Assembly (NCBI GenBank): GCA_904063045.1
Contig: CAJFCJ010000199.1
Coordinates: 8,494 to 41,510, forward strand
Direction of reading: 5' to 3'
From: Dimorphilus gyrociliatus
Lineage: Eukaryota; Animalia; Annelida
Length of the DNA: 33,017 bases
Shown: in pieces, positions 23,808 through 33,017 of the stretch
How positions within the stretch are numbered: the first letter of the stretch is position 1
Layout: each line of letters starts with the position of its first letter
Program-made: the position numbers and the translations under genes
Notes under the pieces: generated by a model
What the model was told of the DNA's origin: nothing
Seen by the model: the letters and a program-made list of their open reading frames with translations, nothing else
Database searches by the model: none

Positions 23808-24225
23808 TGTTAATCTCCTTGTCTCTAAAAAATACGTCTGCTACACAGTATTCTAACTGGTTTTTATAGAACGATAAAAGAGGTATTTCACAACGACGCG
23901 CAATTTCTGAAATATATCTGTCAATTATGATAATGGCAATCTACTTTTACATACACTGTCTGCTAGTATATCTCTCTATCTCTATTTCAAATAGGCCTAT
24001 AGTTCTATCACATAGATTATAAAAATCTAAAGGTTACAATTCTATACTATGCATAAAAAGATAATAGGATAACATTCTTTTGCGAATTAATCTACAAAAG
24101 TGAAAGTCGATTAAATTACTTGGAACATATTTAATCTAAAATAATAAAACAAATCAATCGATTGAGATAGGCCTACTATACAGTTTAGTAATTATGAAGA
24201 AGGGATATATAGAAATATTTTGGTA

Positions 24226-27200
24226 TTATTTATTACAAAAATGACTTTTTAACTGTAGAAATTTTCTAGCAATATTTCCCATTGATAAGATATCATTTTT
24301 CTCACAGGAAGCAGTCTTGTTTAACAATTCACTATATTTTAAGTAATACTTTTTATTACTTTTACATTCATAAATGTCTTTTTCACAAAATTTTCCATCC
24401 AATGAAAAATTATTTTCATGCAAGAATTCAAGAGATTTGAACATATGAACTGTACATTTAAAATAATTGGTATTAACAAAGAAACAATGTGTTAAATGTG
24501 TCTTTTGAAAATTAAAATTTTCAATTCTTTTACAAATGTGAAATTGGTGGTAATTTTCAAAAACATGTATAACTGAAATAAGTTTGTAAAGTTTGTCAAA
24601 AATTTGAATATGATAAGAATTTGTACCTCTTTTTTGAGTATTATTAACCAGTTGATTTTCTTTGTGAATTCTGAAAGAAAAAACAGTAAAATTAAAAAGA
24701 CAAAAATAAACAAACACCTACCTTTCTTTTACCTTTGTCAATTTTTTTAATGATATATGATTCCCATAATCACTAAATGAAAGGAGAAATTGAGTTATAA
24801 CTGTCTCCATTGGTACAAAAAGTAGGATAAATATTATATATTTTTCTTCAGTTATATTGAAATTTATAAAAAATGAAGCATTTCCTATTTTTTCAAAAGA
24901 AACAAATAAAAACATGGTTGACCCAATTAATATATCTATAACCTATAAGGCTAATTGTTAGCCATGTAAGAAAACGATAAAAAACAATAATAAAGAGATG
25001 ATAATTGATTCTTCTTTTTGAAAGATTTAAAGATGATCTAGAGTCAGAAGTCTTTCTAATAAATATTAATAATCTCAGACAAAAAAACAATGATAAACAA
25101 TTAAAAAGAGGAACGACAATTGAAAACGATAAATAATGCAGAGTTTTCAAATCTTTTATATTTTGAGTATTTGAAAAAATTTGAAAACAAACTGGACTTT
25201 TTGTATAAACATCCACATTGAATATCATTGGTAGAATTGATGGTACAAGTGAAATAATCAGAATCATTATACTTGTTGGATATTTATGTTGGATGATAAT
25301 AGAGGATTTAAATAAATTTGTAATTGCGAAATATATTTGTAATAGAATAATACAAAATACAATTGTTGAAAAGTGTAATGAAAATGTCATAAATGATGAC
25401 ATTAAATGGCAAATTGTACTACTCCTCCATAATTCGTCGAATTCTATGTAATCGTTTTTCATGACTATATCCATAATGGGAAGTGTAAATGTTAAACATG
25501 TTCTCAATAAATCATTTATTGAGAATAATAATTGAAAATATTTAGTTGATTTATACAAATAAATATTTAAAATTAATGAGAAAACATTTGAAAACAATCC
25601 CACAATGCCAGTAATCCATATTAGTGTTCTTATTGCGATGGATGAGAATAATCTAGAACATTTTAACAATCTCGATTTATTGGGCCTACACTCGACATTT
25701 GGACCAAGAATTTTTGTAGAAAGGCAGCACAAGTGAAAACTATCACTTTCGATAAATTTCATGCTCTCTAGGCCTATAAGAAGATATTTCTTTCTAAATG
25801 TTGGTAATACGGTATTGGTTAATACTAATTTCGTTAATTTTGTTAATATTTTCAATGGATTTAAATCAATTTGAATTATTTTACATTGAGTCATTCGAAG
25901 TAAATTTAAATTTGATATTGATGAAAAATCATTGGAATTCAATTTTTCAATTAAAGTTGATGATAAATCTAAATATTTTAAATATTTACAATTTAAAGTT
26001 CTTATAAAAATCAAATTTGAAATTGAATTTTTAGACAAATTTAAATATTGCAATAACTTTACTTCTCCAATAAACAATTGCCCTGATATTTTATCATTTA
26101 TTTTGGTGTTAATTAATGATAAATGAACAATATTTGGTGTAAATTTTGTTGAATATTCATTAGTAGTATTTTTTATATTTGTATTTTGAATTACTAAAAT
26201 ATGTAAAGTATTTGGATGTTTAAAGGCATCTTTTGGAATTTTGCCAATTACTTCAAGACTTTTAAAAGTATTTCCATAGTTACTAATCTCAACTAATTTT
26301 GTTGTTAAATTACAATACAATTTGAAAAATGATGTTTTTCTACAACTTCCAATGGGAGGAACATTGCGGAAATTACAAAATAATTCGTCACTTCCGTAAC
26401 GGCAATCATAAATTCCATCACAAACTCTATCTGGTAAAATGTAAGTAGTTTGATTTTTACATTTAAAAAAACCCTTTGGATGGAATTGATGACAGTTTTC
26501 TTCATCATCACCATGGTAACAGTGTTTTATGCTATCGCACACCAAATTCATACCAATGCAATAATTTTCCCTATAGCATAGATATTCATCAACTTTGCAG
26601 GTTTTAACTTGACAAGACTCGGTTTTAGCAAATAGGTTAGTCTCTGGTATGCCTATAGAATTTATTGCAAAATAACAATTCATAAGACTGAAGTCAGTGT
26701 GTTCAAAATAACTTTCATCTTGACAGTTGCAATCACATTTTCCATCATTTTCATAAGAGAGTGGCAAGCAATAAGTTTTACAAAGAAACTGACTGGCTTT
26801 GTTACATGCTGAAGCATTTTAAAAGGGGTCGGGAAAAAACGTCCCAGGGTGGGAAAAAACGTCCTAAAGGTTGGGAAAAAACGTCCCATGCCTGGCTAAA
26901 GATATACTTGGCATAATTATTGATACTTTTAATCAGAAATGTTTTTCTCTTTGCTGTTTACTTCATTTATAGAATAAAATATTAATATTTTTGAAAAAAG
27001 GTATATGTATTGTGATGTTTTTACCAGTTTTCTCTGAATTATGTAATGCTATTAAAAGAGAAATAAGTTATTTCCTTGTCTTGTCTGTAAGTGAAAGATA
27101 AATTTTGCATTTCTTGGCATATATTCAGGCTAATTTGTTTTTTAAGCATTGAAACTCTGGTATTGATTTGGTTTATTGAATATTACAAGATTATACATTT

Positions 27201-30200
27201 TTTTAAGAACCCTTCTCTCCAGTGAGTTATTATTTATAATTTTTGTATTTGCAGCCATATTTGATATTTGAAAGTTAATTTATTTTTGCAGAAACATTGA
27301 AAATACTTGGATTAAGCATTCAATTTGGACACCAGATTGTTGGTCTGTATTTGGTCTTGCTATCAGGACCAACAATGATGTTGAAGGATGGCACATAAGA
27401 ATAAATGAAAAGACTCCTGCAAAAGGCTCATTTTATATGCTCATAGATATTTTAAAACAGGAATCAAGTCTTATTCCAGTTGTAGAGATACTTCTATCAG
27501 AAAAAAGGCTAAAGAAGTATCAGAAGAAAAGTGTCATCCAGAAGCAGAACCAAGTATATGCTGTTTGGAATGAATACAGATTGGGAATGATTACATCTGC
27601 TGTCCTCTTGCAGAAGATTGCATTAATCTATTCAAAATAATTCTCAGTGTGTTAACATACTTTTTACTTTATTCTAGTAACTTTTAAACTTTGTATAACA
27701 TTCTTGGCTTTTTTCATTTTTAATACATTTTAATAAACATATATTAATTATTAATTATTATATTCTCAGTATATTGCCATTGGTTCCCAAAATAGAGCAA
27801 TCTTTTTTAAAATTCAAATATCTTTTCCCACTACTTGTTTTTCCCAACCTTGGGACGTTTTTTCCCAGGGACGTTTTTTCCCAAGGACGTTTTTTCCCAT
27901 ACTCATTTTAAAATAGTCTAATAATTAGAGAGCGAAGGAAAAAAAACCAATTATTTACATTGTTCAAAATATTCCAAGATGGCGTCGTCTTGATTACAAA
28001 TTTCGTCACTGCTATCTAAACAATTTCTTTCATTATTACAAACATTTTCCTTTTCGATACATTGGAAATTATGACAATGGCTGAAGTTTTTATCATGTAA
28101 AATTTTAATTTATAAAATACTCATTTGCCTTTTCTCACATTTTACAAGGATCTCTTGCTAATTAAAAGATTTTGAATATATTAGCATCTCATTAGCTGAC
28201 ATTATATAGTAATAATCACAAACCACACAATTTCTCATCGGAACCATCTGGACAATCACTTATAAAATCGCATATTCTTTGATAAGATATCAATATATCA
28301 GGTTGGGATAGACAAGAGAATTTTTGATAGATATCTTGTGAACAATTTTCTTCATCCTCACCAAAATCACAATCATCCTTTCCATCACAAACATAAGCAA
28401 TATTGATAAAAATCTCATTCAATTTACAAAAGAATAAAGTCATTCTTAATTCTGTTTCATTCTTTTTAGAAAGAATATTGAATAATTCTAATTTTTCAAT
28501 TGTAGACTCCTCCTCTTTTTTTTGTTTTTTAAAAATATATTTATATTATTTCTATATTTAATTTGAATTATACTTTGAATTTTTTGGCAAATGAATGATG
28601 TCTTTTCAAAATACCCCGATTTTGATTTCACACGATAAAAGAATGACTTGTCACATTGAAATAATACTATGTCTAAAGCTTCATTATTATAATCACTGAA
28701 TTGTGAAAATATATCAAAAATAGTCTCCTCCCATAAATAAGTTTTTGTAACAACTTTCTAGAACAATGAATATAAAAAAATGATCATAAACAGTAATTTT
28801 AAAGATTGGGTAATTTCTCAACTGGAAAAGTATATTGATAACATAGATTTTCATTATTAAAATAATTTTCTGACATTGAAAAATATCCTCTTTTATTTAA
28901 ATTTTTCGATTCCGCAAACTGATGTAATTGAGATTTTTAGACTTTTTTTTATTGTTGAATTCTCACTTCTAAATATTTACCTCTGATAGAGAAAGAGGAA
29001 TATCAACAGAAAGTCCACTACTAGTAAAGTATAGCTCTCTTCCATTAACCTTTTTCTTTGTCAAGTATATTGGATATAAATTATATTCTAATGTGCTTGT
29101 AAATGATGATTCATGCCCAGAAAGTAGTATGTTTGAAAGAAATGAAAAGAGAAAAACTTTATTCATTGTTGGGAAATCTGCCAGTGTTAAATTCAAGTTT
29201 GTACAGTAATTTATATTGAGATAAACATCTCTGTCGTTAAAATTATCATTGATATAGTAGCAAATGTTATTTATACTCATGACAAAATGACCTTCACATT
29301 CTAGAAATAAATTTTCTCATAAAAAGGTATTCATTATCACTATAAATACCTTCTCTTTTGGTTTTTGAACACTCAATGAAATATGGATAGAGTGCTTTCA
29401 TTCTATTACTTCTATCCACAAAAAAAGAGAAAATTTTTAAAATATTTACCTGGGAAAAAATGAAAAAAATTTACCTGGGAATTAATTTACAATCAGAAGC
29501 TGTTGTTGAATTTTTGAAACATTTTATTGTCTCGAAAAAATACTGTCCATTTGTCACACTGTCTTCTTCAGAAAAATCTGTAAATTCTACTTGACTTTTA
29601 ACAATTGTACCCGAAGTAAAATTAAAAAATGAGCATATTTTATTCAGTGTTGAACTCTCTAAATATTGAATATTATACCAAACATCTTTCCAAATCTGAA
29701 AGAAGGATAGAGAGACAGACAGACTAAATAATGTCCTATGTTGTTAAGACCTAACCTGTAGACTTCCTTTAAAAGTTGAAAATGAATGCTGATCATTTAT
29801 AAACAGTTTTCTGTGCTCTGAATAAAAAATTCTAGTAACTGAAAGAAAAAAAACAATACACTTGAATATTTTTCATTGTAGAAAATATTCCAAATACATT
29901 TTGTTGGTTTGTCTTCACATGAAACTGTTAGTCCGTATATTCCTTTTTTTTTAGGCTCAAACAGATTGCAATCAGAAAATGTAGAACATTCTCCAAAATA
30001 TGGAATTATCTAAAATAAATAAGAATTATGTAAAATTTTTTGTTCTTGCTTTTATTTTATTCTCACAAAATCAGTTATTCTGAACTTAATGCATGTTGAA
30101 AAAATTGCAGTTTTGGATATCTGCTCACAAATGTATTTACAGGGATATAAAGTTTTCAGTTTTGTGCGAAATGCAGGCACTGAAGGACCCAATGTTTTGG

Positions 30201-32089
30201 ATCTAAGAAAAAACTTTCCTTGGAAAATTTTCGGATAGTGTAAAGTGTCTTTTTCATGTTTAAGAATTTGTGAAAGGTCATGAAAAGTTACTTCTATTTT
30301 TGATTGACAGTTTGTAGAACAGTTTAAAATAAACAAAGAAATATATTTTAACCTTGCAACTGATAATATTGGCAAATTAATTTCTTTAAATTGTGTTTTG
30401 CAGATAAATTATGAAATTCCAATTGGAATTTTGAATTGACAATAACACCTTGATTTAATGAAAATTCACTTTCCAATACGTTTGAGATATAATATTCACT
30501 CTTTTTACAAATCACAGAATCATTCTCATTTCTTTTATAAATGTGGAACAATGCATCATTTCCTTTTAAAAGTAATTCATAACGATTTCTATTTATCCTT
30601 TTACTAAATACATCTATAAATGAAAATTGAATAATATTTGTTCAAAACTGCAATAAAGAAAAAAGTTTTGGACAGAAATTATCCATGTTTTTTGTTTTCA
30701 AATCTTTAAAATTAGTATGAAGTTAATTTTCAGGTAGGCCTAACCCAAGGCGGTACATGAAATCTATTAAAAGTTATCCAAAGAATGTGGATAGTTTCTT
30801 TTATTAGACTTGACATTTTAAACCCTTACATTGCTCCTCTTTCTTAAAACACCTTAATCTTAATAAAAGGATAGATTTTCGTTTTTCTTTTTTGTAATGT
30901 GAAGATTTTCTTTTTTGAAATTATGAAAAATATATCAAAGAATTAAAACAATGTAAAAACATCTTAGTTCAGAATTACATTTTCATCTTGTGCGGGTTTA
31001 TTTGAATAGTTTCAATATCATTTTGAATAATGAATTTAGATGCATAAAGTATTGAATGAAAAGGGTCGAAACCCATTAATGAACACAAGTCATTTCTTAA
31101 AATTAATGGAAATTTTTTAAATTCAACAGGCAAAGTTGAATTTCTCATATTTGAACGAAAGTGTACATTTCCTTCAACAGCTGTTTTTGAAATATGAACA
31201 ATTTCATTCAAAGAAAATCTCCCATCAGTATAATGTGAATCAATTTCTAAATTTTAATAAAATTTTTCAATCATTAAAATAAGAAAAGAATACAAACCTT
31301 TGTTTTTTATGCATTCAGGCCTATATATTCTTAGAAGGGTTTTACTAGGCTTCTCCAATAAGCATTCAATAGCCGATGCCTTATTCTTTTCTTTACACTT
31401 TCTTAAAAATGGTGCGGGTCTTTTAATAGAAAACTGGTAAACAAAAAATAGCACATTTACTATTATGTATTATGCACATATTTACAAAAATGAATCAACA
31501 CAAACAGCAGACGAAATTGAATTTTCCACAGTACAAGAAGACTTTTTAAGTTTAAGATTTAAATATTGACAAATTATTTCACAGGCAGCTGATTGTTTAA
31601 AATTATAATGAAAACCAGTTGGAATTGTTCCATATGTTTTTGAATGGAAATAGTACTTTCTATTTCTATGAAAACTTCCAAACCAAAATGTAGAGAGAAA
31701 CATTTTTTCACGGTGTAAAGTAATTGTCTTAATTTCAAATTCTATTTTTTTAGTGTGTCAGTTTCTTTTAAAATTATAATAATATTATTTTTTGTTATAT
31801 ATATACAACCCTTTAACTCATATAAAGAGCACTGTAGTTGATATTTTTGTGCAAAAACACCAAAAGTTGTCCATATTTGATCATTTTTAGAAAATGTTAT
31901 AATTGCACTAAAATTTCCATTAATTTGAAAATTCGACTGATTATCAAAAAGAAAAAATCTGCTACTCATACAAATTCTCTCTCTATCTTTTCTTGAATTT
32001 TGAATTATGTATATTGTTTCTTTTTTTCTTAGATAGAGTAAAAACTTTCCAGATAAAGCCACTTGTGAGAAGATATCTGAAACGATGAA

Positions 32090-32120
<31 letters not shown>

Positions 32121-32589
32121 ATTTCTTACATGTATCTTTAAAACATTTTAAAGCAACAACAAATTTTTTCTTTGAATAATTTTCTGTTAATCTAAACAAA
32201 ATTTAAATATTTTTATATTTGAAATTTAAATAATAGATATTTAAATTTAAATATATTTACAATTTACAACACTTTGAGTAAGTAATGTCAAGAGGAAGAG
32301 TACGATTATTCTTGCTATTTTCAGCTACAATTGAAATGGAATGGAATGAATCATAGCCTAACATTTTACACATCTCATTTTTTAAATATTGTGTTATATT
32401 TTCATTAAATTCAACATAAAAAAGTTGATGATTATTGGCTATTTTTACCAATATTCTTCCGTAAACAGAATATCTACTATACAAGGTGCTGTCTTCAAAC
32501 AATATTCTCAATTTAAATGACAAATAGAGATGGAATTTGAAGCCAATCCATATGCATAGATACAGAAATTTCAAGTTTAAAAATTTCAT
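24226..32589 (-). CDS. Large GRL101/LGR-type 7TM receptor: about 6 divergent SRCR-like repeats + CTL-like + about 6 LDLa + LRR + 7TM + about 147-aa kinase-like tail; 5' end uncertain
   Basis: A 624-aa open exon (24893-26808) carries LDLa x3, LRRs, the LCC..ECRP..CSRL hinge and TM1-6. A TM7 exon spans 24722 to about 24885, then a 51-nt intron precedes the tail exon 24226-24670. LDLa exons lie at 27959-28520 and CTL-like exons (CEGHFVMSINNICYYI..SFICQK) at 28570-29310. SRCR-like motifs KICSFFNF, LICQYYQL, DLCSLMGF, IICQYL and EMCKMLGY run from 29475 to 32500. A possible signal-peptide ATG is at 32589, but the gene may extend further upstream. Confidence 0.85.
26825..27904 (+). mobile_element. 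Internally deleted Mutator-like (MULE) element, 1080 bp, inserted in a receptor intron
   Basis: Perfect 9-bp TSD ATTTTAAAA at 26816-26824 and 27905-27913. The TIRs are built from GGGAAAAAACGTCC units (x3 at the left, reverse complement at the right). It retains an open transposase last exon at 27293-27640 (TWI..W.P..WSVF..RTNNDVEGWH) behind a TTTTGCAG acceptor. Confidence 0.95.
32094..32120. repeat. (GA)n microsatellite
   Basis: Read directly from the sequence. Confidence 0.95.
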
Positions 32590-33017
32590 ATTGTAAGCAG
32601 GAATATGTATTGTAGTATACAAACAACAATTGTCCATTTTATCAGACAGGCCTGTATTTATTAATGATGATGGAGAGTCAATCTTTTAAGGTATTAAACT
32701 AATGTGAAAGTAACTATACTTATTTATTAAACTAAACGCTCAGCTTAATTTTTTTGTGTTCAAAAGTAATCCATTACGAAATGTAATGATATGTTAAAAG
32801 TACAATTTTCCGGCAAATAAGCCTACAGATTATAAAGTTTGTAACTTTTATGAATTTGTGTTATGAAAACGAGTTTTCGTTTGATGATGCCATTTTAAAT
32901 ATCAAAGACATTTGGTCACTTAATTAGTGAAGTCTACAGAATTTGCCATTGAATATTCTCCAGGATTCAACACCGGAAGCTGTTGAATTTTTTGAAGTAG
33001 TTAAATAATGAATAATG

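Noticed and set aside
26825-26890. Regularly spaced GGGAAAAAACGTCC repeats resembling a CRISPR array
   Set aside because: The spacers are only a few nt, the repeats recur inverted at 27840-27904 with a 9-bp TSD, and the context is eukaryotic. They are TIR subrepeats.
32640-33017. Possible further upstream receptor exons (KNSTASG echoing FKNSTTASDC at about 29500)
   Set aside because: No phase-consistent exon chain could be built and the window ends here, so this is left unresolved.

Overview
This is AT-rich eukaryotic DNA with very short introns (mostly 50-70 nt), consistent with a compact invertebrate genome. The taxon cannot be determined from the window alone, and all exon models were assembled by hand. 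Gene content: (1) an apparently intact ABCC4/MRP4-like ABC exporter (251-4556, +); (2) an orphan last exon of a chymotrypsin/elastase-like protease (-); (3) an unidentified multi-exon gene starting with a signal peptide (about 10.2-11.1 kb, -); (4) fragments with SRCR-like motifs (14.4-15.4 kb, -); (5) two convergent GRL101/LGR-type receptor paralogues built as SRCR-like array + C-type-lectin-like + about 6 LDLa + LRR + 7TM; (6) an intron-containing, bacterial-looking GNAT acetyltransferase between the two receptors. The + strand receptor carries several lesions, while the - strand one looks intact. The most striking signal is that both receptors continue past TM7 into a homologous, degenerate kinase-like tail, and their DRY motif is eroded (NPxxY also in the intact copy). 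This suggests a GPCR-pseudokinase fusion with an immune-type ectodomain. Mobile DNA includes two Tc1 remnants, two Mutator (MULE) remnants (one with a perfect 9-bp TSD inside a 61-nt intron), and four copies of a MITE carrying TAACCC telomere-type hexamers. No rRNA, tRNA or CRISPR array was recognised.
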